This document shows positions 36,816-46,356 of a stretch of 64,000 nt of DNA, piece by piece. The stretch spans positions 6,659 to 70,658 of the forward strand of contig JACPRA010000027.1 in NCBI GenBank assembly GCA_016190215.1. The letters run 5' to 3'. Source of the stretch: Candidatus Omnitrophota bacterium (GTDB lineage Bacteria; Omnitrophota; Gorgyraeia; Aquiviventales; Aquiviventaceae). The notes below the pieces were generated by a model. The model was not told where the DNA came from, did no database searches, and saw only the letters and a program-made list of their open reading frames with translations. The position numbers were made by a program, and so were the translations under genes. The first letter of the stretch is position 1. Every line of letters starts with the position of its first letter.

Positions 36816-37526
36816 ATGGCAGACCAGATTGAGACCTTGCGGAAGCTCCAGGTCATTGACACGGAGCTCTTCCGTCTGCGCGCCGAGCAGCGGCAGAAGC
36901 CGCTCGCGCTCGAGCAGGCCAAGCAGCGCGTGACGGAAGAGCAGGCCAAAGGCCAAGCGCTCGACGCCCGGGTCAAGGCCCTGCAGATGCAGCAGAAGGA
37001 AAAAGAACTGGAGCTCTCCACCCGCGAAGGCAACGTCAAAAAATTCCAGTTGCAGCTCTTCCAGGTCAAGACGAACAAGGAATACGCGGCGATCCAGCAG
37101 GAGATCGCCCAGGCCAAAGCGGACATTTCGCTGGCCGAAGAAGGCATTTTGGCGGTATTAGAAGCGATTGACTTGGCGATGAAACAGCACAAGGCCCAGT
37201 TCGCGGCCGTGGCGAAGCAGCAGGACGCCTACCGCGCCGAAGAGGCGGTGGTAGCCAAGGAGCTCGCGGTCGTGCAGGCGCAGCTGGCGGACTATGAGCG
37301 GCAGCGCGGCGAATTGCTCCCGTTGATCCTGCCGACGGCGCTCTCAACGTATGAACGGGTGCTGGCCAATCGCGACGGCCTGGCCCTGGTGCCGCTGATC
37401 CAAGACTCTTGCGGAGGCTGCCACATGGTCCAGCCGCCGCAGGTCGTGAATGAAGTGCGGCTCAACGCCAAGCTCGTGATGTGCCAGAGCTGCAGCCGCA
37501 TCCTCTGCCTGCAGGACGGGGCGTGA
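36816..37526 (+). CDS. COG1579/DUF164-type coiled-coil protein with C-terminal C4 zinc ribbon
   Basis: Long coiled coil with the KEYAAIQQEI motif, and a C-terminal CGGC...CQSC. Confidence 0.75.
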   Translation: MADQIETLRKLQVIDTELFRLRAEQRQKPLALEQAKQRVTEEQAKGQALDARVKALQMQQKEKELELSTREGNVKKFQLQLFQVKTNKEYAAIQQEIAQAKADISLAEEGILAVLEAIDLAMKQHKAQFAAVAKQQDAYRAEEAVVAKELAVVQAQLADYERQRGELLPLILPTALSTYERVLANRDGLALVPLIQDSCGGCHMVQPPQVVNEVRLNAKLVMCQSCSRILCLQDGA

Positions 37527-37975
37527 CGTCCGCCGGCAAGTTCGCTCGAAAGCTCGCCGCAGCCGCCACGGTCTACGTTGACGGGGCCAGCCGGGGGAAC
37601 CCCGGGCCCGCCGGGGCGGGGATCGTGTTCGTGGACGCCGACGGCCACCCGTTGGTGGAGCTGTCCAAGCCGCTGGGCCGGACGACCAACAACGTGGCGG
37701 AGTACCTGGCCCTCGTGCATGCCTTGCGCGAAGCGCAGGCCCAGGGGGTGCGCCGGTTGTGGGTCAACAGCGACAGCGAGCTGCTCGTCAAGCAGTTGCA
37801 GGGCGCCTATCGCGTCCGCAATGACGCGCTGCGGGTGTTGTACGAGCAGGTCCGCCATGCCGCCGCGGCCTTCGAGCAGATCAGTTTTCATCACGTGCCG
37901 CGCGAGCGCAATCGCCAGGCGGATCGGCTGGCCGGACGGGCCGCCGATCACCAGACCGGCACGCCGGATCTTTGA
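37523..37975 (+). CDS. rnhA: Ribonuclease HI family protein
   Basis: VYVDGASRGNPGPAGAG, NNVAEYLALVHAL, SDSELLVKQ and NRQADRLA (DEDD catalytic residues). A GTG at 37523 overlaps the upstream stop (GTGA). The track ATG at 37481 is an alternative start. Confidence 0.85.
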   Translation: MTSAGKFARKLAAAATVYVDGASRGNPGPAGAGIVFVDADGHPLVELSKPLGRTTNNVAEYLALVHALREAQAQGVRRLWVNSDSELLVKQLQGAYRVRNDALRVLYEQVRHAAAAFEQISFHHVPRERNRQADRLAGRAADHQTGTPDL

Positions 37976-38363
37976 GAGCCGTCACGCGGGACGCTGGATG
38001 GTCGCTCTCCGCCGCCGTGCGTGGCGGAGGGAGGAAAGTCCGAGCTCCGCAGGGCAGCGTACCCCGATAACCTCGGGGCCTCTCCCGCCACAGTTCGTTG
38101 GCGGGGGGGCGGATAAGAGCCACAGAGACGAGTCCTTCGGCAAGGTGATGCCTTGCTGAGGGGGTGAAACGCGGCAATCTCTACGCGGAGCAAGGCCAAA
38201 TGACCTGACGGTTGTCCGCCCAGCGTGGTGGATAACCAGCGGTAGCCCGCCGCCGGTCAGGAAGGTCGGCCGCACGAGCCCGGTCGCAAGGCCGGGCCCA
38301 GATGGATGACCATCGTCCGCCACAGTACGTTGGCGGAAACAAAACTCGGCTTACATGCGGCTC
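37976..38363 (+). ncRNA. rnpB: RNase P RNA, bacterial type A
   Basis: Conserved GAGGGAGGAAAGTCCGAGCTCC, AGCAAGGCCAAAT, AGATGGATGACCATCGTCC and ACAAAACTCGGCTTA segments. P1 pairs GAGCCG (37976) with CGGCTC (38358). Confidence 0.9.
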
Positions 38364-38386
38364 GCGCGGCGGCTCTCATTCTTTCA

Positions 38387-38415
38387 TTGACGCTCAGAAG
38401 GGGAGGACGTATACT
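38387..38415 (+). promoter_or_regulatory. Sigma70-type promoter (TTGACG-17 nt-TATACT) for rpsO-pnp
   Basis: Read directly from the sequence. The -10 ends 9 nt before the ATG at 38425, implying a very short leader or a leaderless mRNA. Confidence 0.45.
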
Positions 38416-38424
38416 ACCGACACC

Positions 38425-38694
38425 ATGACCCAAACTCTCATACCGAAACAAGATCAGATCAAATCGTTTCAGCGCCATCAGACCGACACCGGATCGTCCC
38501 CCGTGCAGATTGCGCTCCTGACCCAGCGCATCAACAGCTTGGCGCAGCATTTTAAATCCCATAAGAAAGATCAGCATTCCCGTCAGGGGTTGCTGAAGAT
38601 GGTCAGCCGGCGCCGGCGCCTCTTGGAATACCTCAAGCGCCACGACGAATCCCGCTACCGCAGCCTGCTTGACGCGCTGAAACTCCGCAAGTAA
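38425..38694 (+). CDS. rpsO: 30S ribosomal protein S15
   Basis: 89 aa. Contains [49 protein letters not shown]. Confidence 0.95.
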   Translation: MTQTLIPKQDQIKSFQRHQTDTGSSPVQIALLTQRINSLAQHFKSHKKDQHSRQGLLKMVSRRRRLLEYLKRHDESRYRSLLDALKLRK

Positions 38695-38701
38695 TCCGTC
38701 C

Positions 38702-40792
38702 ATGGCCCATCGCGTTGAAACATCCTTAGGAGCGTCTACACTCTCGCTGGAGACCGGCAAGGTCGCCAGGCAGGCGGACGGCGCCGTCATCGTGCAGCAG
38801 GGCGAAACCGTGCTGCTGGCAACCGTTGTCTTCAGCCGCACCCCGTCAGACAAGGCCATGGATATCGTCCCGCTGACGGTGGACTACCGGGAAAAAAGCT
38901 CCGCGGCCGGCCGCATCCCCGGCGGATTTTTCAAGCGCGAAGGCCGCCCCACCGAAAAAGAGATCCTGAGCGCCCGCCTCATTGATCGGCCCATTCGTCC
39001 GCTGTTTCCCAAGGGGTTCCAGCACGAAGTGCTCATCATGGTCATGGTGCTTTCCTCGGATGGCCAGTATGATCCGGATGTGCTGGCCGTCTTCGGCGCC
39101 GCGACCGCGCTGCGCTTGTCGCCGATCGCATTCCCGCATGCGCTGGCAGCGGTCCGTGTGGGGCTGGTCAACGGCCAGTGGGTGGCCAACCCGACGTACC
39201 AGCAGCTGGCGAACAGCTCGGTGGATCTGGTCGTCGAAGGGACCCGCGAAGGCATTCTCTCCATTGAAGCCGGCATGAAAGAAGTGCCGGAACAGCAAGT
39301 CAACGAAGCGGTGGTGTTCGGCTATGAGCAGGTGCTCAAGCTGCTGGATGCGCAGGATCAGCTGGTGAAAGCCGCCGGCAAGCCGAAAGAACCCAACGTG
39401 ACGATCCGGCAGGCGTCTGCGGAGCTGATCGCGGCGGTCCGCAAGCGTGCCGGCGCGGCCTTGGAAAACATGCAGGGCACCGCCCGCAAAGAAGATTATC
39501 AAAGCGCGTACGACGCGCTGCTGGCGTCCTTGAAGCAAGAGCTCGCCCCGGAGGGCAGCGGCGTGGATCCCGCCATGGTGCTCCTGGCGCTACATGACGT
39601 GGAGCGCGAGCACGTGCGCCATGCCATTCTGAGCACCAAGAAGCGCATGGATGGACGGCCCTACACCCAATTCCGCGACATCACCTGCGAAGTCGGCGTG
39701 TTGCCGCGGACCCACGGCTCGAGCTTGTTCACGCGCGGCGAAACGCAAAGCTTGACCGTGACGACGCTCGGCACCAGCGATGACGAGCAGCACGTCGAAG
39801 CCCTGGAAGGCGAGAGCTACAAGCGCTTCATGCTGCACTACAACTTTCCGCCCTTCAGCGTTGGCGAGGTGCGGCGGGTGGGCAGCCCGGGTCGGCGCGA
39901 GATCGGCCACGGGGCGCTGGCGGAGCGCGCGTTGGCTCCGATGGTGCCGAGCAAGGACGAGTTTCCGTACACCATCCGCCTGGTCTCCGACATTCTGGAA
40001 TCCAATGGGTCGTCCAGCATGGCCACCGTCTGCGCCGGGACCTTGGCGTTGATGGACGCCGGCGTGCCGATCAAGGCGATGGTCAGCGGGGTTGCGATGG
40101 GGTTGATCAAGGAAGCTGAGGGCACCGCGATCCTCACCGATATCTCCGGGCTGGAAGACCACCTGGGCGACATGGACTTCAAGGTCGCCGGGACCCGCCT
40201 CGGGGTGACGGCCCTGCAGGTGGACGTGAAGCTGTCGCAAGGGTTGACCACCAAGCTGGTGGCCGACATCCTGGCCCAGGCCCATCCCGCGCGCTTGCTG
40301 GTGCTGGACCTCATGGCTAAAACGCTCGACAAGCCGCGGCTGTCCACGTCCCCCTACGCGCCGCGCATCACGACCATCAAGGTGAATCCGGAGCGGATCC
40401 GCGACGTGATCGGGCCGGGCGGGCGCGTGATCCGCAAGATCGTCGAGGAAACCGGGGCCAAAATTGACATCGAAGACGACGGCACGATCGCGATCGCCTC
40501 CGCCGATTCGAAAGCCTCCGAGCGGGCGATCGAGATCATCCGCAGCCTGACGGAAGACGCCGAGGTGGGCAAGCTCTACAACGCCAAGGTCAAGCGGGTG
40601 ACCAGCTTCGGCGCGTTCTGCGAATACCTCCCGGGCAAAGAAGGCCTTGTCCACATTTCCGAATTGGCGGACAAGCGCGTCGAGAAAGTGGACGACGTCG
40701 TGAAGGTGGGCGACGAATTCCGCGTGAAAGTCATCGAAATTGATGAGCAAGGGCGGATCAACTTGTCCAGAAAACGGGCGCTGGAAGGGTAA
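38702..40792 (+). CDS. pnp: Polyribonucleotide nucleotidyltransferase (PNPase)
   Basis: Two RNase PH domains followed by KH and S1 domains. Located after rpsO. Confidence 0.95.
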   Translation: MAHRVETSLGASTLSLETGKVARQADGAVIVQQGETVLLATVVFSRTPSDKAMDIVPLTVDYREKSSAAGRIPGGFFKREGRPTEKEILSARLIDRPIRPLFPKGFQHEVLIMVMVLSSDGQYDPDVLAVFGAATALRLSPIAFPHALAAVRVGLVNGQWVANPTYQQLANSSVDLVVEGTREGILSIEAGMKEVPEQQVNEAVVFGYEQVLKLLDAQDQLVKAAGKPKEPNVTIRQASAELIAAVRKRAGAALENMQGTARKEDYQSAYDALLASLKQELAPEGSGVDPAMVLLALHDVEREHVRHAILSTKKRMDGRPYTQFRDITCEVGVLPRTHGSSLFTRGETQSLTVTTLGTSDDEQHVEALEGESYKRFMLHYNFPPFSVGEVRRVGSPGRREIGHGALAERALAPMVPSKDEFPYTIRLVSDILESNGSSSMATVCAGTLALMDAGVPIKAMVSGVAMGLIKEAEGTAILTDISGLEDHLGDMDFKVAGTRLGVTALQVDVKLSQGLTTKLVADILAQAHPARLLVLDLMAKTLDKPRLSTSPYAPRITTIKVNPERIRDVIGPGGRVIRKIVEETGAKIDIEDDGTIAIASADSKASERAIEIIRSLTEDAEVGKLYNAKVKRVTSFGAFCEYLPGKEGLVHISELADKRVEKVDDVVKVGDEFRVKVIEIDEQGRINLSRKRALEG

Positions 40793-40797
40793 GAGTC

Positions 40798-43080
40798 GTG
40801 GCGCGTTCCGCCATGGCTGGTGAACGCGCGCGTCCGTTGCTTTCTCCTCTCTGGTCGGCTCGGCTCCGAAGCCTCCTCCTCGGCGCGGCCGGCTGCTTCA
40901 GCTTCTTCGCCTTCGCCTCCTATCACCCCGACGATTTAGCCGTCCTCAGTTCCACTCCCAACGTCCCCCTGCGCAATATCGGCGGCGTGGTCGGCGCCTG
41001 GCTTGCGCTGGCCGGCCGCGGCGGGTTCGGCTGGGCGGCGTTTGCCGTGCCGGCGGTGTGCGTCCTCTGGGCGATGTGGTACTGGCGCGGCCGCACGCCG
41101 CTGGTGCGCTGGCTGCCGCGGACCGTGTCGGGCCTGTGCTTCCTCACCGCGTTGGCCGCGTTGGCCGCGTTGACGAGCGCGGATGCCATCGTGCAAACGG
41201 AGGCGGGCGGCGTGATCGGCTACGCGCTCACCCGCACCGGACGCTACTATCTGGGATCGCTGGGCACCGCGTTGCTGGCCGGCTGCGTGCTGTTGTTGTC
41301 GTGGGTCTTGGTGTCGGATGAGCCGGGGCTGCCTCGCCGGTGGTTCTCGACGGTGAAGGCCTGGCTCTGGTCCCGCGTGCCCGAAGCGGCCTCAGCCGCG
41401 AAGCGGGTTCGTTCCGCGGCGGCCCCCGGGAAGGCGGCGGAGGCGCTGCGGGAGGCCTCAGCCTCCGCGTCGGCGCTGGTGCGCGCCGCCGTGTCCGCGC
41501 TGCCGGCGGCGAACGGCCGCGAGGGCGCGTCTGAAGAATCCGCCGGTCCCCGCGCCAAAGTCAGCGCCGTTGCGACTAAACCGAAAATCCTCACCGCCTC
41601 GCTTCGGTCCCGCCAGGCCGCGGGCGGGTTCCAATTGCCGCCGATGGATTTGTTGACCACGCCGCCGCCGGTCAGCGAACGGCAGATCGGCGAAGACCTC
41701 CAGGTGAATGCGCGCATTCTGGAGGAGACGCTGCGCGAGTTCGGGGTGGAGGCCAGCTGCGTGAACATTGACCGCGGCCCGGCGGTCACGCGGTATGAGC
41801 TGGCTCCGGCCCCCGGCGTCAAGCTGACCCGGATCGTCTCGCTCAGCGACGATCTCGCCCTGGTGCTGAAGGCCGTCAGCTGCCATATCGTGGCACCCAT
41901 CCCCGGCAAGGGCCGCGTCGGCATTGATGTGCCCAACTCCGTCTCCACGATCGTGTATCTGAAAGAAATCATCGCCTCCCGGGTGTTCACCCAACTGAAC
42001 TCACCGCTGGCGCTGGGTGTGGGCAAGGACGTCTCCGGCCAATCAATCGTGGCGGACCTGCGGGAATGTCCCCACCTCCTGGTCGCGGGTGCCACCGGCT
42101 CCGGCAAGACCGTCTGCCTGAACAGCTTTCTGACGGGGATCATGTGCCATGCCACCCCGGATGAAGTGAAGTTCCTGATGATCGACCCGAAGATGGTCGA
42201 GCTGGTCTTGTTCAATGATATCCCCCATCTGGTGGCCCCCGTCGTGACCGACGCCAAACGGGCCGGGGCGGCGTTGTCCTGGGCCGTGCAGGAAATGGAG
42301 CGGCGCTACCAGGTGCTGGCGAAAGTAGGCGTGCGCAACATTGACGGCTATAATGAGAAGGTGCTGCGCAGCAAGAACGGCTCCGCGCCCGCCGCCGAAG
42401 GCGAGGCGCCGCTGGAGCGGATGCCGTATATCGTCATCGTGATTGATGAGCTGGCGGACTTGATGATGGTCTCGTCTCAGCACGTCGAGGAGTCCATCAC
42501 GCGGCTCGCGCAGCTCTCCCGGGCCGTGGGGTTGCACATCATCCTGGCCACGCAGCGGCCGTCGGTGGACGTGATCACCGGCGTCATCAAGGCGAACTTC
42601 CCGGCGCGCATCGCGTTTCAGGTGGCCTCGAAGGTGGATTCACGCACGATTCTCGACATGAACGGGGCCGACAAGCTGCTCGGGCGGGGCGATTTGCTCT
42701 TCCTGAAGCCCGGGGCCGCGAAGCCGGTCCGCGTGCAGGGATGCTACGTGACGGATGAGGAGATCGAGCGGGTGGTGGCCCATCTGAAGGCGCAGCGCGC
42801 GCCGGTGTATGATGAAGGGTTCCTCACCCAGCAGGACAAGGCGGTCGAAACGCCGCTGGGCGAAAAAGACGAGCTCTACGACATGGCCAAGAAGTTGGTC
42901 TTGGACAGCGGCCAGGCCTCCACCTCGCTGCTGCAGCGCCGATTGCGGCTCGGGTATGGCCGCGCGGCCCGGATGCTGGATTTGATGGAGCAAGAAGGGA
43001 TCGTCGGCCCGCCGCAGGGCAGCCGTCCGCGTGAAGTGCTCGCCGGAGAAGCGCGCAGCCACCAGGCCGCCTCAGACTAG
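40798..43080 (+). CDS. ftsK: DNA translocase FtsK/SpoIIIE
   Basis: N-terminal TM helices, Walker A VAGATGSGKTV, and a gamma winged-helix domain (TSLLQRRLRLGYGRAARMLDLME). Confidence 0.9.
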   Translation: MARSAMAGERARPLLSPLWSARLRSLLLGAAGCFSFFAFASYHPDDLAVLSSTPNVPLRNIGGVVGAWLALAGRGGFGWAAFAVPAVCVLWAMWYWRGRTPLVRWLPRTVSGLCFLTALAALAALTSADAIVQTEAGGVIGYALTRTGRYYLGSLGTALLAGCVLLLSWVLVSDEPGLPRRWFSTVKAWLWSRVPEAASAAKRVRSAAAPGKAAEALREASASASALVRAAVSALPAANGREGASEESAGPRAKVSAVATKPKILTASLRSRQAAGGFQLPPMDLLTTPPPVSERQIGEDLQVNARILEETLREFGVEASCVNIDRGPAVTRYELAPAPGVKLTRIVSLSDDLALVLKAVSCHIVAPIPGKGRVGIDVPNSVSTIVYLKEIIASRVFTQLNSPLALGVGKDVSGQSIVADLRECPHLLVAGATGSGKTVCLNSFLTGIMCHATPDEVKFLMIDPKMVELVLFNDIPHLVAPVVTDAKRAGAALSWAVQEMERRYQVLAKVGVRNIDGYNEKVLRSKNGSAPAAEGEAPLERMPYIVIVIDELADLMMVSSQHVEESITRLAQLSRAVGLHIILATQRPSVDVITGVIKANFPARIAFQVASKVDSRTILDMNGADKLLGRGDLLFLKPGAAKPVRVQGCYVTDEEIERVVAHLKAQRAPVYDEGFLTQQDKAVETPLGEKDELYDMAKKLVLDSGQASTSLLQRRLRLGYGRAARMLDLMEQEGIVGPPQGSRPREVLAGEARSHQAASD

Positions 43081-43099
43081 CCAGGGAGCCAAGGACACC

Positions 43100-43921
43100 A
43101 TGAGCGTCGGACAGGAACTCAAGCAGGCTCGCGAGGAATTGCGGTTGGATGTCAAGGAGCTCGCCCACGCCAGCCGGATTCAGCCCTGGGTGCTTGAGGC
43201 GCTTGAGGCGGATGAGCTGCACCGCACGATGAGCCCGGTGTATGTCAAAGCGTTTCTCATGAAATACGCCAAGGCCCTGCGGTTGGATCCGGCGCCGCTG
43301 GTGGCCCGGCTGCTTCCGCCGCCGCCCGCCGCGGCCCCGGAGCCATCAGCTGCCCCGGTGTTCACGGGGGAGTCGCTCGGCACAACCTCCGCATCGTTAG
43401 CCTGGTCGTACGCCGCCTGGCGACGGCTGGGCACGCTGGCCGTAAGTGCGGCGGTGATCGCCGCCGTCGTGGTGGTGAACCCCTGGAAGTGGCTGACGCT
43501 GCGCTGGCCGCATGAAGCCGCCAGCCTCTCGGTGCGCCGCCAGCCCGGGGTGTCGGCGCCGGCGGAGATGCTGCTGCAGTTGGAGCCACATGTGCCGCTG
43601 GAGCTGACGGTGGTGGCCAAGCGGCGGACCTGGATTCTCGTGAAAGCCGACGGCAAGCTCGTCGCCCAGCGGCAGCTCACCCCCGGCACGCAGGAGCTGT
43701 GGAAAGCCAACCGGCGCTTCGAGCTGGTCCTCGGCTCGCCCTCGCATACGGACGTCCTCATCAACGGCCATTCGATCAGCCCCATGGCCATGGCCCACGA
43801 CGGCCGCTTGGTGATCACGCATCAGCGCGTCCAGCCGCTGGCCAGCCGCGCGCCGACTCCCGCACCCGCGTCGTCCCCGAAGCGCAGCGCGCAATCCAAA
43901 CGCTCCAGCTCGTCTCGTTGA
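43100..43921 (+). CDS. rodZ: RodZ-like cytoskeleton protein (HTH + TM + DUF4115-like)
   Basis: N-terminal HTH (VGQELKQAREELRLDVKELAHASRI), a central TM helix, and a C-terminal beta domain (TWILVKADGK...ELWKANRRFELVLGSPSHTDVLINGH). Confidence 0.65.
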   Translation: MSVGQELKQAREELRLDVKELAHASRIQPWVLEALEADELHRTMSPVYVKAFLMKYAKALRLDPAPLVARLLPPPPAAAPEPSAAPVFTGESLGTTSASLAWSYAAWRRLGTLAVSAAVIAAVVVVNPWKWLTLRWPHEAASLSVRRQPGVSAPAEMLLQLEPHVPLELTVVAKRRTWILVKADGKLVAQRQLTPGTQELWKANRRFELVLGSPSHTDVLINGHSISPMAMAHDGRLVITHQRVQPLASRAPTPAPASSPKRSAQSKRSSSSR

Positions 43922-43941
43922 GCGCGGGACCCAGAGGACGC

Positions 43942-45318
43942 ATGGCCCTCGCCCGCACTGTCGCCCCTGTCCGCCGCCAGCCCACCGTCTGCCTGGTCAG
44001 CCTGGGGTGTGCCCGCACCCTGGTGGATTCCGAGCTGTATCTGGGCAAGCTGGTGCAGGCCGGCTATCGCGTGGTGGATAGCACGGACCAGGCCGACGTC
44101 GCCGTCATCAATACCTGCAGCTTCATCCAGGATTCCATCCAAGAGTCCATTGACACCATCCTGCAGACCACTGAACTGAAAGCCCAGGGCAAGCTCAAGG
44201 CCGTCATCGTGGCCGGCTGCCTGGTGCAGCGCTTCAAAGGCGATCTCATCAAGGAGCTGCCGGAAGTGGACGGCTTCGTCGGCGTGGACGGCTTCGGCGA
44301 CATTGACGTGGTCGTCCAGCGCGCCATCGCGGGCAGCCCGCTGTCCGTGGTCCGCCCGCGCCCGGTGACGCTGCCGCAGGGCCAGGCCGCGCGGGTCGCC
44401 TTGACGCCGTCGCACTACGCCTACCTCAAGATTTCCGAGGGCTGCTTGAAAGGCTGCGCCTTCTGCATCATCCCCAAGATCAAAGGCCCGCTCGCCAGCC
44501 GGTCCATTGACGAGCTGGTGGAGGAGGCCACGATGCTGGTGGAGACCCGCGGCGCCACAGAGCTGGTGATCGTCGGGCAGGACACCTCCGACTATGGCGT
44601 CGACCGCTACGGCGCGCCCCGCATCGCGGACTTGCTGCGCGCCCTGGACCGCGTGCCGAGGCTGCGGTGGATGCGGCTGCTCTATTGCCATCCCCGCGGG
44701 ATCAGCCCGCAGCTCGTCGAGGCGATCCGCGATCTGCCGACGATGTGTAAATACCTGGACATGGCCATCGAGCATGCCGATGACGACGTGCTGCGGCTCA
44801 TGAACCGCGGCATCACGCAATCGGAGCTGCGGCGGACCATCGGCGAGTTGCGCCGCGCGGTGCCGACAATCGCCCTGCGGACGTCGGTGATCGTCGGGTT
44901 TCCCGGCGAAACCGATGCGGCGTTCGCCAACCTGCTGGCCTTTGTCACCGAGGCGCGCTTCGAGCGGCTGGGCACCTTCCGGTATTCGCCGGAGGAGGGC
45001 ACGGCGGCGTTCCGCGCGCCCAACCAGGTGCCCGAGGCCGTCCGCCAAGCCCGGTATGAGCAGCTCATGCAAGTGCAGCAGGAGATCTCGCACGAGCTGA
45101 CGCGCGCCCGGGTGGGGCAGACGCTCGATGTGCTCATTGATGAAGCCGATCCCTCCGACGCCGCCCTCTTCCACGGCCGCACGGCGGCGGACGCGCCGGA
45201 GGTGGACGGCTCCGTCTACGTGCGCAGCCCGCAGGTCCCGCTCGCGCCGGGACGGATCGTGCCGGTGCGCATGACGGACGCCTACGAGTACGACCTGGCC
45301 GGCGAGGCCGTCCTGTGA
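43942..45318 (+). CDS. rimO: Ribosomal protein S12 methylthiotransferase RimO (MiaB-family radical SAM)
   Basis: UPF0004 N-domain (SLGCARTLVDSE...NTCSF), radical-SAM CLKGCAFC, and a C-terminal TRAM domain. The start is at the ATG at 43942, not 43699. Confidence 0.8.
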   Translation: MALARTVAPVRRQPTVCLVSLGCARTLVDSELYLGKLVQAGYRVVDSTDQADVAVINTCSFIQDSIQESIDTILQTTELKAQGKLKAVIVAGCLVQRFKGDLIKELPEVDGFVGVDGFGDIDVVVQRAIAGSPLSVVRPRPVTLPQGQAARVALTPSHYAYLKISEGCLKGCAFCIIPKIKGPLASRSIDELVEEATMLVETRGATELVIVGQDTSDYGVDRYGAPRIADLLRALDRVPRLRWMRLLYCHPRGISPQLVEAIRDLPTMCKYLDMAIEHADDDVLRLMNRGITQSELRRTIGELRRAVPTIALRTSVIVGFPGETDAAFANLLAFVTEARFERLGTFRYSPEEGTAAFRAPNQVPEAVRQARYEQLMQVQQEISHELTRARVGQTLDVLIDEADPSDAALFHGRTAADAPEVDGSVYVRSPQVPLAPGRIVPVRMTDAYEYDLAGEAVL

Positions 45319-45905
45319 CGACGCTCCAGCGCCTCCTGCCCAACAGCTTGACCGTCCTTCGAGTGGTTTTGACGCTCGTCATCATGGGCCTGGTGTTTGC
45401 GCCGGGCGTGGCGGCCAAAGCCTGGTGCCTGGGATTGTTCCTGGTGGCCGCGCTGACCGATTGGCTGGACGGCGCGCTGGCGCGCCGGTGGGGGCAGGTG
45501 ACCCCGCTGGGCATCCTCTTGGATCCCATCGCCGATAAAGTGCTGGTGCTGGGGTTGCTGCTCGCGTTCGTGCAGTTGGAAGTGATCCGCGCCTGGATGG
45601 TGCTCGTGATCGTCCTGCGGGAATTCCTCATCACCGGCGTGCGCCTCTACGCCGCCAATCGCCACATCATCATCCCGGCCGCCCGCGAGGGCAAACATAA
45701 AACCGTCTCCCAGATGGGGACCCTCTTCGTCATCTTGGTCGTGGTGATGGTGGAGGAGATGGCGCCCGCCAGCGCGGCGCGGGCCCGGTTCTTTACCGCG
45801 CTCATTGACGGCTGCATGTGGGTCACGGTGGCTCTGACCATGTTTTCGGGCGGCAGCTTTTTTTGGCGGAATCGCGCGCTGTTGCGGAATGCCATCACTC
45901 GTTAA
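45315..45905 (+). CDS. pgsA: CDP-diacylglycerol--glycerol-3-phosphate 3-phosphatidyltransferase
   Basis: CDP-alcohol phosphatidyltransferase motif DWLDGALARRWGQVTPLGILLDPIADK. Confidence 0.85.
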   Translation: MTTLQRLLPNSLTVLRVVLTLVIMGLVFAPGVAAKAWCLGLFLVAALTDWLDGALARRWGQVTPLGILLDPIADKVLVLGLLLAFVQLEVIRAWMVLVIVLREFLITGVRLYAANRHIIIPAAREGKHKTVSQMGTLFVILVVVMVEEMAPASAARARFFTALIDGCMWVTVALTMFSGGSFFWRNRALLRNAITR

Positions 45906-46347
45906 GCTCGCGGCGACGGCCGGCGGGCTGGGCTACAGCCCCATCGCGCCCGGGACCGTGGGCAGCGTGCTCGGTGTCGCGTTGGCCTGGGTCACGCGGG
46001 ATTGGCCGGCGCCCTGGGCCCTGGGCGTATGGCTGGCGGCGTGCGCGGCCAGCATCCCGATCGCCACGCGCGCGGAACGGGCATTTGGACGGCTGGATCC
46101 CTCCGCCATCGTTCTTGACGAAGTGGTGGCGATGTGGGGTATTGGCGTGTGCTATCCCCTCAGCATCCGCAGCGGCTGGGGGATTGCCGCGGCCGCCTTC
46201 CTCCTCTTCCGCGCGTTCGATATCGTCAAGCCCCCGCCATTGCGCCGCTTGGCCCGGCTGCCGGGCGGATGGGGCGTGGTGTTCGATGACCTGGGGGCCG
46301 CCGTCTACACTGGGCTAATCCTCTGGGCCGCCGTGTCCTGGCGGTAG
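45889..46347 (+). CDS. pgpA: Phosphatidylglycerophosphatase A
   Basis: GLGYSPIAPGTVGS and FRAFDIVKPPP...GWGVVFDD motifs. Confidence 0.8.
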   Translation: MPSLVKLAATAGGLGYSPIAPGTVGSVLGVALAWVTRDWPAPWALGVWLAACAASIPIATRAERAFGRLDPSAIVLDEVVAMWGIGVCYPLSIRSGWGIAAAAFLLFRAFDIVKPPPLRRLARLPGGWGVVFDDLGAAVYTGLILWAAVSWR

Positions 46348-46356
46348 GAGAGCGTC

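Noticed and set aside
37982-38323. Several ORFs (37982-38323 -, 37948-38199 -, 37881-38177 -, 37578-38159 +) covering the region after rnhA.
   Set aside because: The region is RNase P RNA, as shown by the conserved GGAAAGTCCG and ACAAAACTCGGCTTA blocks and the P1 pairing. The ORFs are incidental.
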